This document shows positions 21,263 to 35,059 of a DNA stretch of 64,000 nucleotides, in pieces (the first letter of the stretch is position 1; the number at the start of each line of letters is the position of its first letter). The position numbers were made by a program, and so were the translations under genes. The notes under the pieces were generated by a model. It was not told where the DNA came from. It made no database searches and saw nothing but the letters and a program-made list of their open reading frames with translations. Source of the DNA: Hydrolagus colliei (taxonomy: Eukaryota); NCBI GenBank assembly GCA_035084275.1, contig CM068751.1, positions 19,902,001 to 19,966,000 of the forward strand, in the 5' to 3' direction.

Positions 21263-23769
21263 ACGACTGAGAAAAGCACAAAAAAAATTACGAGAAAAAA
21301 AAAGGCTCTTATGCTGACTACATAAGATGATTGAGACGAAAAAAAAAATTACAGAAAGTGAAGCTCCCACAAAAAACAATCCCCAAGACTTTAGCGTGTC
21401 TGAGAGGATATTGTGCGACGATTACATTGGCAATCAAAAGGACCGGCAGCGTCTCTTTAATATGGCCTCGCAAATGAAATGGATCCATACAAGTGTCTCT
21501 GGTACAGTGAAGTGAAGGCTGATATGCAGCACATGCTGTTAGCAGGCTGTCTTGTGCTCCCCAGCAGCTGTGGACTTCGCACAATTGTTTTCAGCGGTCA
21601 CTTTTCAATGAAAAGCTTTCACTGGTACCAGATTTCCCCCAAACATCTCCCATTCAAGGCACTGGTGGAGGTATTAATGTTTCTTTGTTGGTCTCTTCTA
21701 TAATGTCTTAAGAGATTAACAGAGAGCATGAATGAGGCCCTACGGATTAGACTACAAAAGCCAGGCTCACTACATTGCAGTTTTGATTTTTTTGTTCCCC
21801 CACCCCCCCCCCCGCCCCCACCACCCCTTACCCCCCCTCCCACTCTGTCTTCTCTCCAGTTTGAAGTACAAGTTAATGCATTCAGGGAAAAAAATTAATC
21901 CTTTTTAAAATGATCTTTTCTCCGTTTCCCCCCCCCACCCCACCCACCCACCCCATGTTGTAGATCTTCCCTCAACTGGGAGAATGTGGAGGTGATTTGT
22001 TCCCAGGCTTCTGGTACAGCCTCTATCACTGCCGCAAGCACTTGCATGAGAACAGGATGAGTCGAGTGCTTGATTTGTCCTTTACCCGTCAACCCCCTTC
22101 ACCACCAACCTGCTTTAAAAGAACAGCAGATACACGGTAGATTCTGATCACTCACCATATTGCCATCAGAGGAAACTATTCACGCACCATCTCATGTACC
22201 CCACAGCAATGTGTTGCTTCGGCAGATCTCTGGGCTTGACTATTTCTCACCCACTTTTCAGTGATTTTAAGGGATTCCAAGCGACCAGTGGCTGATCGGG
22301 AAGATCATGTAAAGGTTTTATGGATCCCGTCCTGTCGCTTGTTTATCTTTTGATTGTCTTTCAGCAGCTGCTCCCTCCGTTCGCGGTAATGCAGTGAATC
22401 CTGACACACTCTGCATCGTCTCATACTCCACACTTTCTCTCTCTACTCTCCAACACTCTACTTCAATCACTGTGACACTGCACATGGTGGGGTAAAATCA
22501 TTCCCCTTCTGCCTCTGTGACTTTACCGCTCTTGAAAGAGAAGTGGGTGCTTCCCATATTGATATCTAAAGAAACATTTCATCTCTTTTAGTATCTCACA
22601 AACCCAACCCGCACAGCACACCTTCAATAAACAGTCCAATATTGTTAGTTTGTAATTGAGTCTCAGGAAGATTTATTTTTCACTGCCTTCTTTTACTATA
22701 ATTTCATAGGGTATGGCTCTAAACATCCCCTTTAATTTTCGATTTGTAACCCATTCATTTGTACACGTGTGGTGTGTTGCCGGAGACTGAGAAGTTGAAT
22801 TCACTGTCTGGTAACCAGGCTGTCTGGAAAGTGATGGGGACTGTCTGATGCCCAGATCAGGCTTACCTCTTTACTGCCCCCTACCTCCACTTGGGACATG
22901 CTCCAGTTTCCAATCAATGCAGCTCAAAGTGGAAGTTGGGGGCAATTGAACTTGATCCATTCTAAGCTGCTGAAATATCTGTAAAGAGATTATTAACACA
23001 TAGACACAGCATGTAGATATATATTTACTGACATTTAATAAATGTAAAGATGGAAACCTGAAATGTATATACTGTAATATGGTTATCTAATGATATTCTG
23101 TGCTGTGATATTACAAAGAGTAAGAATGGCAAGAGTAAGAATGGCAAAATCAAATGAGTGATGTGATTTGATATGACGTTTTATTTTGAGGCATTATTTC
23201 ATTTCCCAGTACCTAAATGATGGAGAGATTTGGGAGGTGCATGGTGGTTGATGAAAGTGTAATTGGGGAAATTATTGGGATATATTGGACATTTGGGATG
23301 TAACAGGGTTTTGAGGGTACATTGCGGGTACAATTGTGAGATTTGGGGAATATATATCACGCGTTTGTTTGGGTGTGTTTGGGATGCATTTGATGGGTAT
23401 ATTTTTGTTGATGGGGACTATTTGCTGGGTTTTATGGCAGTATTTTGTGGATTTTGTTGGATGTTATTTTAACAATGTGTTTGCTGTATTGTGATGGATT
23501 CTATGAACCACCGCAAATTTTAGAAGGATGAAATTAATTCCTAAATTGCTGAAGATGCAGAGCACAATGTCAACGAGGATCTGAAAGAGAATGAGATTAG
23601 AATTCAGCCACAAATTTCCCAAGTAAAGTGATAAATTGAGTGGAAAATTCTCATTGATGGGCAGGAGAGGACACATGAGACCAGACAAATTAAACAGTCA
23701 AAAGAAAATGATCTCTTCAACAACAAGGTGTCAACTGATGTGTCATAAACCCTGGATGTAATACTAAAG

Positions 23770-24320
23770 GGATGGGATAGGAATAAGACAACAAAAGTGA
23801 AGCCTTAAACCCCATGTAACTGATATACCTTAGAAACATAGAATGGTAATTTTTCTAATACCAAATTGGTGAAGTGAATGGGAAGATAAGTGATTACAAT
23901 AAAGGTGAGTTGGAGGAAGAAAATTATATATTGAAGCTGCATTGAGCTTGGTTGGAGCAGTAAGGCCAGGGCAAACATGCTAAGAAATTGAAAGGTATTA
24001 TCAATATGGTAAACTTTTGCCAAATCAAGGTTGGTTGGGCCGCACTTTTATACAGACATCAATTTGAAAAGCAGGTTCCTGTGGTCAAGATGTTTAGGAC
24101 CATGGAGAGCAGACAGTCATGAATACAAATGTGTTGCACCTGCTGGGATTGCAAAACAAAGTTCTGGAGAGAGAAGTTGATAGTTAAGAGTGATGGATGG
24201 ATGGATGGATGGATGGATGGGAATATCATGGAAGGATCTGATCCTCACTTAAGTAGAAGAAATGAAACGTTGCATTTGCAGCTGGTACCACATTGCAGAT
24301 GGTGGAAATTATGAGACAAT
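23770..24320 (+). mobile_element. Possible highly decayed RTE-clade LINE 3' end
   Basis: Ordered remnants KTTKVK, YTLET* (cf. YGxETW, 23824-23841), WLGR (cf. WLGH, 24032-24043) and GWMD (cf. RWxD). Confidence 0.35.
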
Positions 24321-24974
24321 TAGATGGAGGCTGGGGTGATGGAAAATACAAACACATAGTTTTAAAAGTGGGGAGGGGGGGGGGGGGGGGATGGTGTGGG
24401 AGGGTTGTGGGGTGAGAATGGAACCAGGGAAATTGAATTTACCCTCTATGTTATCTTCCATAATTTTCACTACCTTTAAAGTACTCGCGTCATTCACAGT
24501 TTCTCTTCTTCCTTGCTTTCTGGGAGGATGAGTGCCTCCGCGATATCATGGTTGAACAAAACCGTTGGAGGAGGGCTAAAAAGCCATTTCAGAAGCTCTG
24601 GTACAGAAGGTAGTCATGAGAGCAGACGTGCTGGAGATGCAGAACGTGAGAAAAAGAGATGGTTTATTTTCAGGAAGAAAAAAGACCAAAGCAATGTCTT
24701 TGCAAGTGTAAATATATGATATGCGATTGTTATATGCAAAAGGCCTGATTCAGAATATTAGAAGAACTACCCTTTACTGCAGGATGGGGGAATAAAGAAT
24801 TTTGGCGCTGGCAAGAAGAAAGATATCTGGATGTAATGAGTTCAGTGAGTGGGAGATAATGGTAATCATAGCAAGAGAGTTGCTGTTCAGCCTTTGCTTT
24901 ATTAGAGGTCCTTCCATTACATAGCAACACGCGACCCTTACTGGCAGGTTTGATGACAATGTTGGAGGTAGAAC

Positions 24975-27200
24975 AAAGAGAATGCAGGGTTAGGCTCTCG
25001 GCATTTCATCCAATCCACCCTCTCTACTATGCATCATTGCATGCATTCTCTTGACCTCTCTCTCTCCAGCAGCATCAATTCAATCTACATCATAGCTGCC
25101 CTAGACCCCATTTTTATGACATCCTTCGTCTCATCCGTCGCTTTAACAAAGGACTTTTCTCCTTCCTTTCAGGTAGCAAGGACCAGAAGCTCCAACATCT
25201 CCTGGATGGAAGGCGATCTCCTGCTCCCTCAGCCCTCTCCCCCTTCACCTTCTTCCAAACCTTTCCTCTCTGTCAAACTCACTCCTGATAAGATCCCTGA
25301 GTACTAGATTTTTTTACCACTTCTCCTAACAAATCTTCCCTTAGCAAGGGTCTATGCTGCTTTGCTTTCTACCCTTACATTAACACATTCAGACATGAAC
25401 TTGATCTTTCCTACGACCACTTTTTTTTCTTTGCTTCTCTCTTCACAATTCTAACCATTTTCCCTATTTCCACTTCCCTATTCCTCTTGAATACCTTCTT
25501 CGCTTGTTGTCCTGATGCTTTGATTGAGAACTGCTGATGTCGTCTGAATTTCTCCACTCATATCAATCATTCTCGCCTAAATCCCTTCAAATGTCTAGTC
25601 CTCCATTCTCTTTGATCCAACACCAATAATGTGATTAAACCGGTTGGCAAGAGTGCTGTTATACTATGGTAGCACAATACCCTCTACCTAGCAGTAAAAT
25701 TCATAAGCTAGGTCTTGAAAGTATAGTTGAACTTACCGTTATCTCCTAGTTTATCACTGACTTTGTGTCTGAAAATCTTCCATTGTAGCACAACAAAGCA
25801 GTGTTCTTTTTGCTCAGCTCCAACCATGACTCCCTCTGTTGCCCTTTGATAGGTTTAGGTTTTCTGATCTCCATCATTGTCTTCTGTGTCTTGGAAGGCT
25901 AGTCTTTCTGCTCTTCATATAGATGGTTTCCAATCTCTCCTTTGCGTCAGCACCACTGCCAGCCTCCATCTGGCAGTTTTCTGCTTTGATTGGCTGAAAT
26001 TGTCCTGCCCTCAAATGTAAGCACTTCCTTTAGATGTTAAGGGTCTTTGGGTCCTAACTAATCCTGTTTTTTTGTAGAATGTATTGCATTGTTATACCTC
26101 TACTGAGGTCCATCTTTGATCTCTGTCTCCTCTATATTAATGACTGTATTGGTGCTACTTGTTCGTTGGTGGTTAGCTAACCTCTGCTGATCTCTAAAAA
26201 TAACAAGCATTTGGTTGTGTGTTTGAATAGCATAAATCATAACAATGTAACGAATGGCTTCCTATTTTCAGTGATCAGCGTAAGATAGACTCATAGACTC
26301 TACTTTGCATTTCGACTCGTATCTCGATTTCATGCATTATATCTCTGATTGCCCATTCCTCTTTCTGTGTTCTTTCCTGTCCACCTCAGATAATGTGGGT
26401 TTTACAAGCTGCCAGAACTCCTTACGTTGGTGTTGTTCTCAGCTATTTCTGAAAAAACAACATGTCTTTTCACAATTTCTCCATCTTTGTGGGGGCTGCT
26501 TTCATGTTTTTTTAGCTAAAGCTGCTGAATTTTCCTCTTTTTCCTCTAAATTATTATTTCCCATAACTGTGATTAAGACAACCTTTGATCATATTTGTTC
26601 AATTTCTTGTCTCCACTTTCACTCCATCTTACCTTGGAATACAGTAAGAATATAGCTTTCTTATCCCATTAGCCCTTATCCACCAAATGACGCAACTCCT
26701 TTCTTTTCAGCTACAATATTCCCTCAGCACAAGATGCATCTTACCCTCAATTCTCTTTTTCCGAGAGACCAGATCCCTACCTGACTCATTCACTTCCCCA
26801 TTACCTAGACTACTCTTTTATCAGATACGTTCTCTTACAGATGCAACAACTACAACATGTATTTGTTCGTTTCTTTCCTCATGTCAATCTTTGGCCCAAA
26901 GTACAATTTCCATGTTAGACCTCTTTTCCAATGTAGCCTCCTCTAACTGAATGACACCGAGTGCCAATTGGCGAATCCTTCGCTGTACATGATCATGAAA
27001 CCAGTGAACGTAACACTATCCTTGCTATCCTTGCCCACTAATACAGCTTCTCACACTGATCTACCCCTCCCATTCTCACAGTAGCCCACTGTCCCATTCG
27101 CACTCTGACCTTTCCATCTTTGCCCTTCCACACTGCTCCACCCCAATTCATACTCTTCTCGGGATCCCATCAATCTGCTGGCCAGAACAGTGACTATAAC
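24975..27200 (+). mobile_element. Decayed Penelope-like retroelement (RT plus GIY-YIG remnants)
   Basis: Pyrimidine-rich strand. LAEIVL- and MGPxY-like remnants near 25990-26065; LCLLYINDCIGATC at 26121-26162 (cf. LFLRYIDDCIGAASC); FRDxSL-like at about 26760; DTECQLA..FAVH at 26953-26990 (cf. ETxRxLxDRFAEH). Many stops and frameshifts. Confidence 0.75.
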
Positions 27201-28032
27201 AACGTCAGACCTTAGCTGTTGCATTCATTTTCCCACCCCATACCCCAGGTATGTCAATTTTTTTTGTTTACGCATTCAAGAGGTTTAGTTTTCCTATATC
27301 ACTCAATTCAATGTCGCTCTTAAGCTTTTAATTGTATTTCAATTGTGTTTCCACAGTGCATGTCAAAGGCTCTGTGGAATTATACTTTAGTTGTGTCCTG
27401 GGGTGTATTTGAGTTTATTTGCCATGGATTATTTTACTCGTTCATATTGCAGTGGGTTTGTGCATCTGTTTAAATCAGTTTATGAGTGAGTACTAAAGGC
27501 TTGATGGGGATATTGCTGGGGTGGAGTATTTTGGACGGTTTGTAGGGTAACACTTTGGGTGAGTATAGTTAGATGTCCATCTGAATATATCCATCCAAAT
27601 CTTTTTGTGGGGTTCATATTCATGAGTTAGCTGACACACATCTGCTCGAGTGAGTTTTTTAAAATTAGGTTTCTCAAGTTTATTTCACCGAGCTTTTCAT
27701 TGGAATGGATATTCTAGCTTGTGGTCAATGGGTTGTATTTAAATACATTTGGATACACCACTATTTCAATTTGCTGGGGTATGCTATTGGATGTTTGGGT
27801 GATTTGCTGCTGTAGTTTGGTTGGATGCTAGTATAATTTGGTATCTACATTTCTTGAGTTTACCATAGTGTACTTTAAATAATTTGTTAGACGTGTTATC
27901 TGGAGAGCATTTTGATGGGTTGGTTGGGAATTGTATTTTGATTCATTTTCTTGGGTATACTTTCCTTGATGGTGAAACAGGAGGATATATTTCAGAACTT
28001 TTTTCAAGTAGATTTTACTTAGATTGCTATAG

Positions 28033-28365
28033 ATAATAATAATCCTTGCATTTGATATAATTGCATTTTCACATCTTCTAGACTTCTCAAAGTGCTTCAC
28101 AGAATATTCTGTGGATATATTGTAATATAAAGTGAATTGTATATTCGTGGGCGAAACGTGGCAGCAAATTGCACACAGCGGTGTCCCATATACAGTCATG
28201 TATTGAAATGACCAATTTTTATTATTGTGGTTTTTTTGGAGGGATTATTATTTGATGTGTGGAGTAAGGAAACTTGCCCATGGTTTCGACCTGAACTGCC
28301 TGGATTTGAAACATAGGTCTCACGTTTGTAAGGCGAGTGCTCTAACCACTGAGCTACAGGAATCC
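28033..28365 (-). mobile_element. Young tRNA-derived SINE, full length
   Basis: Tail aataatccttgcatttgatat through head tctaaccactgagctacagga. Confidence 0.92.
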
Positions 28366-29877
28366 ACGAGTTATGGAGTCTATATCTATGCTGCAATGAG
28401 ACATATTTGCTGGGTTTATTTAGGATTTTCTGCACACCTACAGTACTTTGTTGTGTTCTCAGGAAGCATTTCAAAGTATTTGCCGGGATATGTTATAAAA
28501 ACACAGGACAATCTCGATTTGTAAAGTGGTGGTTGAGGATTCACAAAATCAGACCCAAATTAAAGCAAAACATTCAGAAAAGTTTGACATTCTAGGATCT
28601 CAGTGACATATGAACACGAACATTTAGTACTTGTGCAGTGCACAGGAAGTGGCAAGAGTGGTGACCTGATGATTGTGAAAGGCAGCAATATTTAGTGAGG
28701 GATGGGTATGGCTTGGGGTGTAGTCGAGGTGCATGGGTGGGTGGGGGTTGGTCGGTGTATATTGGGCGTTCAGGGTGTATTGGGGTGGTCAAGGTATATT
28801 GTACTGAGAGGGTCTGGGTGTATTGGGAGTAATGGGGGTGGGCCTGGGTGTATTGGGGTGTGGGGGGGGGGGGGGTTGAGTGTATTGTGGAAGGTCGGGG
28901 TATATGGGGGGGGCGGTTATTTCCCCAATTTATGAAGCCTGTACTTTACAATCATTCAGTGGGTGGAGCTGTTTCCCACTGATGAAACACAGTATGGAAT
29001 GACCATCTAACCAATTTGAGATAGCACAGAGCCAGCACAATAAATTACCTGTCATGTGTTAAGTTTTTTTTCCCCATCTGTTGTTATGACCATTGAACTG
29101 TATCAATTAATATCAGTCAGTCGATTTGTTATCAATGTATGTACCACTGCAGATATTTTCATTTAGTCACAGGAGCAGACACTGTGTCACAATCGCAAAC
29201 ATAAAACCAGTTAGAATAAAGGGGTAGATTGGAAATGGGGGTGGGTTCAGTGCAGTATATACAATTGTTCAGTTGGTCCATTGTTGGCTAGTTGACCGCA
29301 GCCATTCAATGGCTTTGTGTTTCTGATGGCTGCGGTTCAAATGGCTGGACCCGAGACCTCAGTTTGAATCCGTGGTGAAGCACGAAGACTTTTTAAAATC
29401 TCAAATGAGTTTATCAGGAAGAAAGAAAAGGAAGAAACGTGGGGGAATCGTGTGAGATGGGGAGAACCTCATCTTGTCGGGCATTCCTGCTTAAAAGAAC
29501 CTGCATTCGACAAAATAAGTTTAATGATTAGACTGAGGAACGAAGAAAGCATAAGGTTGAGGAGATTTATCATTTTGAGAAATGTAGGTGAAAGTACAAA
29601 ACTGTAGTGCAGGACATCAAGAGACAGACAAAAAGGTAGCATTGTTGGTTAGGTGATGACAAATTTGGGATTTTTTTAGAAAGAAGGGAAATTACACAAT
29701 CTTCAAGTCCTGGAAGCGAATATGTGGAACAGGAGATAATATGATTTGTTTTGATTTCACAATGTAGTGGAGACAGAGACGAGAGTGTGAGAAAGGAACT
29801 GAAAAAAAAACTGGAGTGTGTGAGGAATAACATACTTGGAGTCTCAGAGGACTAAGCAAAGAGTTCACACAGCAAAG

Positions 29878-29975
29878 CACACAGTCACTGCGCTTCACAG
29901 TCTATCCCGTGAAGTGCTTTGGGCCGTCCTACTGATGTGAAGAGCTCTATCCCAAATTTAAGGATTATTTATGAT
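29878..29975 (+). mobile_element. SINE 3' tail fragment
   Basis: gtgaagtgctttggg..gatgtgaagagctctat..aaatttaaggattatt. Confidence 0.6.
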
Positions 29976-30740
29976 TTCACTTATTATTTATGAGCAACAG
30001 CTTTAGGAGTTTGAGTCAACAAAGAAAAGTAGATTGTAATGGTGTGAAAGGCTGAATGTTCGAAGTGAGAGAAGTATCACCAATCAGACCATAAACCTTT
30101 CCTGGAGCCCATCCAGCAGGGCAAGTGGAATGCTGAAGGGGCCTCTCGGGATGTTGAAGTCCTGGATGGACCAGCAGTTTTTTATAAAAAAGGAAAGGGT
30201 TGCAAGATAATTACACAGAGACAGACAGTAAAGTAGATAAACAAATCGACTGATTTGTTTTTGCTGGAGTCGGTGGAAAAAGGGGGAGATTTTTGTTTAG
30301 AATCAAAATGAAATATCCGAGGATGGTGAACATCAATATCTATTCTTTTTTACCACTGTGGCAGAAACAGGAAAGAAAATAGTGACATGTAACTAGATTT
30401 CTACAACAGAAGTGACTGCAGCATTACTCACTGTACAGTACACTCCCAAAACAGCTTTGTGTTAGCTACTGGGCAGAGATAAGAGACTGCACACCACCGC
30501 CTATGCTGCTAAATAAAGTTAACTACATCCTTGCACTGGCTACAATGTACAGGAGAGTGAGATAATGGCTGTAATATGAGAGATTATAACGCAGTTGAAT
30601 CTTGATAGATTTACAAACATAATTCATGCTTGCATCAGGAATTCTAAACTGGAGACAAAAGGAAAAATCCAAGTCAATTTGCAAACGGTCTATCGCACTC
30701 CCCATTTAGTTACTCGTTCAGTGATTCTATCAGGCGAGCG

Positions 30741-31167
30741 TGGGGGAGAAATCAAACCAGCTGCAACAGGAAAGGTTGATAGTGAGGTCTAACAGGAACG
30801 TAAGCGATGGTGGAAGGAGTGAAGCCGTTTGGTTCATCAAGTCCGCTGCTTTCGCAAACCACATGTAATCCAGGATTTGAGACCCATTATTGAAACTCCA
30901 AAATGAACATTCTGCGTCTATCATCCCTGATTCAAACTGGATCCGTGGGAATGTGTTTTGTGAATCCCCCATTATCTGGTCTGCAGGTACAATGTCAATG
31001 CTGCGGTGACATTTTTCCAATCATTTAATTTCTAAAAATCGCGTGGATGATCCAAAAAATTCCAACTTGTCTTCAACCGTAAGTAGTTTTTGCCTTGTAA
31101 TTCGAGGTGTTCCTGTTAGCCCTCAGTGACAACCGTTGCTGTGGCAGCTGGTTTGATTTCTCCCCCA
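30741..31167. mobile_element. MITE (427 bp) with 59-bp terminal inverted repeats
   Basis: 30741-30799 and the reverse complement of 31109-31167 match at 52/59 positions by hand alignment; the outer 24 bp (tgggggagaaatcaaaccagctgc) are identical. Confidence 0.85.
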
Positions 31168-32074
31168 AGGCAGAGCTGAATTGTGGAAAATTCTTAAATA
31201 CCTACTTAATTTCGTAACCGGCACTTATTAAGAACCTTGGAAAACCACCTTCCAAACTAACACTGGCTGGATTTTCAGGCCTCAACAGAGCAAATCATTG
31301 ATCCTTTGTACAAAACATCAGTGCTCATTCCATTTCTATGAAGCTACTTATTTTAATGCTGGGTTCAATGTCATCCATTGGTTAGCCTCTACTGATAGAG
31401 GAGGCGGGGCAAACCAACGGGAAAAAATTACAATCCAAATAAACTTTACAAAAAAGTCGCCGACAACTTCTGTTTGAATATACTGTACAAGAAAATGTTT
31501 GCTTTTCAGCACAAACCCATTTTAATTCGGTGGGTGACCGTTTGAGTAACGTTGGGAGATAGTTGCAACATTCTCAGCACGCAAGTTGAACAAGGCTATT
31601 AGCCAGTAATCAATCTACATTGGAAGGAAGGAGATGATAATAAACCTGCTTAGAATGCAATGAGCAAAACAGAAGGAAATTCTGTCCCTAATGGAACATC
31701 CCTAACTTGAATTGAAACACATAACATAACGGAGCAGTAGATATAGGTGATGAGTAAAGGGCCACAGAAGGAAGTCGAGATTAAGAAGGAAGGTTTGGAT
31801 GGTCAGTGACCTTGTCAATCTCTCTGGAGGAGTAAGGCTTTCAATTGTACTGATATAGATGGTACAGGAAGTCTATTTGGTCTTCGAACTTCAAAAGCAC
31901 TTTGGGACATCACAGGCAGTGAGCTGGCAGTACATAAGAACCCCAAGAATGAGGAACACCCAGCTACCCTTTCACCACCGATTTCTTCCACAGACGATGT
32001 ATGTTAGGAGATGAGGGAGGAAATTGGTAAATATAAATGAATTAAATGCATTTCAATAAATTTTGCACAGAGCA

Positions 32075-32395
32075 TGCAACAGCTCACATTTATAATAGGG
32101 CATTTCACGCAAGGCAATGCTTCACCAGTAAGATCCCACATACAGTCATGAGGGAAGTGGATTGTCAGCAAGGACAGATTAAATTTCTTTCTCTTTCCAT
32201 GTAGCAGTTATTTTCTAATGTAAAAGCGGATGGGGCTTTGATTCAGCATCTCATTCATAAAAGAGCGCCTTCGACAAAGCAAAACTCGCTGCACTGGAGT
32301 CTTAATCTAGACGATGACCGCAAATTTCAATGGCGATGTAAGGAGGTGGGTAGGGGCGGGGGTCGAACCCGCAGTCTTTTCACCTCTAAGCAGTA
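32075..32395 (-). mobile_element. Old Deu-type SINE remnant
   Basis: Tail cacatttataatagggcatttcacg, aagatcccacatacag, ctgcactggagt, head gtcgaacccgcagtctt. Confidence 0.55.
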
Positions 32396-33701
32396 ATATC
32401 AGGTTTTGTTTCCCAGTTGAGTAAGCTCACCCTGTATGTAGCAAGCCAAGCAGAGCAACTGAAGTACTGCAGATGCCATCAGATGTTCGCTTGCTGGGAC
32501 ACGGTGTTAACGTGGCTTAGGTATAGTCCTTGTCCTCAACCTGCTCCACTTTCTCTCATCGCAGTTAAATATTACTCAGGGCTTAAGTGGGATGGTGATA
32601 TTCAATGGCACGTCAACTTCCAAAGAGAGACGAGGGAAAAATATTAATCCAGTCACACACATACCCACACATACACACATTCTCACACACACCCATATCT
32701 TCACATACACAGATACATGTACATATATATCTACTATATGCATTCTATACATAATGAAATGTATATAAATAAATATAGATATTCATGCACACGCATAATA
32801 CACTCACACATACATATAAGATAACTAGAACCATAACAAGGAAACCAATGCAATCAATTATCTTAGTGGGTGATTTTCAAATACCTTATCTCTGGACTCC
32901 TAGCAAATAACTGCTTGATTGTTTCCAAATGTGGGTAAGTTTGATATGTTCTTTAGCGCTCACGATTATATTGGCCAGAAATGATGTGGGAATTGTTGCT
33001 CAGTTTTCATTTTGCTACCGGATTCACAGAAGTGGTTAGCGAGAAGTCATATTTCATTACTTCAGCAGTAAATCTGACTACCAGCAAAGACATAGGTATA
33101 ACTTTTAGGATTGTCTTACAGACTGCTGCAAGCTGATGGTGGTTAGGGACGAGGCAAACTATTCTGAATTATTTTTCCATTCTCACTCTTCTCCCCCCCC
33201 CCCACCCCCACCCCACCCTCGTCAAACAAGCATTTTTCTTAACAGTATATTTTTTTCGAAAAAAAAGTAGCAGATTAGAAAGGTTCTTGTTATGTACGAG
33301 AGGTGGGCTGAGCCTACTTCCAAATGGAATTTAAGAGATTAACTCGCATTTGACCTTCTTCAGCTCCAGTGATAATGAGGGGGTGCGGGGGCCACAGAAT
33401 TAATCTCTCTCAATTTGTGGCTCTCGGGGGTGCTTGTTAAACTGTGAGTGCGTAGATTGTAAAAGTCTCCTGTAGCGTGGGGCTGCTTCTGTTCGTGTTC
33501 TATAGAACTCTTCAATAACCGAGCGAACCACAGCCTTGATCTAACTGAAGCTGCTAATTAACTCTTCGATTACTGCAGAGCGTCGTTCGCTGCTGACGGT
33601 TCAGGAACGCCCGTCTTTTTGTGTGTGTGTGTGTGTTTGTTGCTTCCCTGCAACGATTTGTCGTCGCAAGCTATTCCGTTGGCAAGATTGCGTTCAAGGA
33701 G

Positions 33702-33740
33702 CTCTCTCTCTCTCTCTCACTCTCTCTCTCTCTCTCTCAC
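33702..33740. repeat. (CT)n microsatellite
   Basis: Direct reading. Confidence 0.9.
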
Positions 33741-34154
33741 TCCTCGTTCTATCTGGCCAGCCATTTTGAGGCTGGGAGTCCGTGTGTTGTGGGAGAGAGT
33801 GCAGAGAAGCTCGAGTGAACTCCCACAGCAATGCAATCCCAATAGCAGCACCTGTACAGCAAAACGCTGGGGGTATCTGTTAACATGTTGCACATTTAGC
33901 ATAGAGAAAGAGAGACAAATACAGAGAGAGCTCAAATGAAGTGCAGAATGGCAGCATCCAGTCGGTTGTTCAGCCTATTTGAGTTTAATGGAGTACTCAA
34001 AACATAGCGTCTGAATCAGATCACATCTGTGAAACTCTCTTCTGAACACATAAGCTTTGTGCAACGAGAGTATACACGCCCCCACCCCCCCTTATTTCCA
34101 TATACCAATATTTCAACTGGGAATAAACTTACTCAATAAATTTGCACTGGAGAG

Positions 34155-34185
34155 TGATTGACAGTTAATATGGAGTGATTGACAG
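34155..34185 (+). promoter_or_regulatory. Two PBX-MEIS/PREP decamers (TGATTGACAG) 21 bp apart
   Basis: TGATTGACAG at 34155-34164 and 34176-34185. Confidence 0.4.
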
Positions 34186-34464
34186 CTCTGGGGATGTACT
34201 TAAAGCTTCCAAGATTGCGCTCAGTCATGTTACGCGGAGGTTAGGAACAGGTAATGTAACCGCAGCATAGTTACCCCCTGGCTTGTGACAGGTCGGATAG
34301 AGGAAAGAGTTGCAATCTGTGAATTAAGTGTGAATTAGTCAAATAGTTGAAGGCATTTTGGTTAGGTAAGAGGTTAAAAACATGAATTACTGAAGTTTTT
34401 TTGAGGAAATAAAAGTTAATAGCAAATGTGCTAACATGATAAATATATTGTGTATGTACAGTAG

Positions 34465-34700
34465 CATAACAGGTTAGCGCTCTAACTTTCACCTCCAGGA
34501 CACGAGTCCCCAAACTATTCCTGTTGATTATCTGAAAACAAAGGCCTTGTGTGAAATGAGTTTTGGGCGGCCTCAACCTATTTCCTACTGAACACCTTTA
34601 CTTTGGCCTCGTCACAAAATTGTCTCACTCCAAAAGGGGTCCTGAGAGCACCGGGTCTAAGAATTGAAAGATTGGTGCACCAGGTAGCACTGCTCTGCAG
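34465..34700 (+). mobile_element. LF-SINE-like element, 5' half
   Basis: ctttcacctccagg, ggccttgtgtgaaatgagtt, ctcaacctatttcctactgaaca and tcacaaaa follow the order of the LF-SINE motifs TTTCACCTCTAGG, GGCCTATGTGAAATGAGTT, CTCAGTCCAGTTCCTAGTGGACA and TCACAAAA. Confidence 0.55.
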
Positions 34701-35059
34701 TTGGGGATGAAATACTATGCTTTGTTGGAACCAATAAGGAGCTTTACTGTGTCTAATCACGTTATAACTGACCTGGGAATACCTCATTAATGTTTTCCCT
34801 TCCTCGACCAGGAATGCTGAGAACAGTTTTCCAAGGCACTTGACTGCTGGTGAGCCAATGTTTACCCACTTAATACATTGAATCACTCAGCAAAGCTAGG
34901 TGCCAAATCTGTTTCTAATGATAAATTGCATAATAGTTCGCCATAGCAATAGTCATGGAATGGGTGTGTTGTCTTGTACTCTGAAGATGCCGTGAAGCTC
35001 TTAAGAAATGATCATGGTTCCAAATGTCCATTGCATCATTTCTCATTGTCTCGTAGGTA

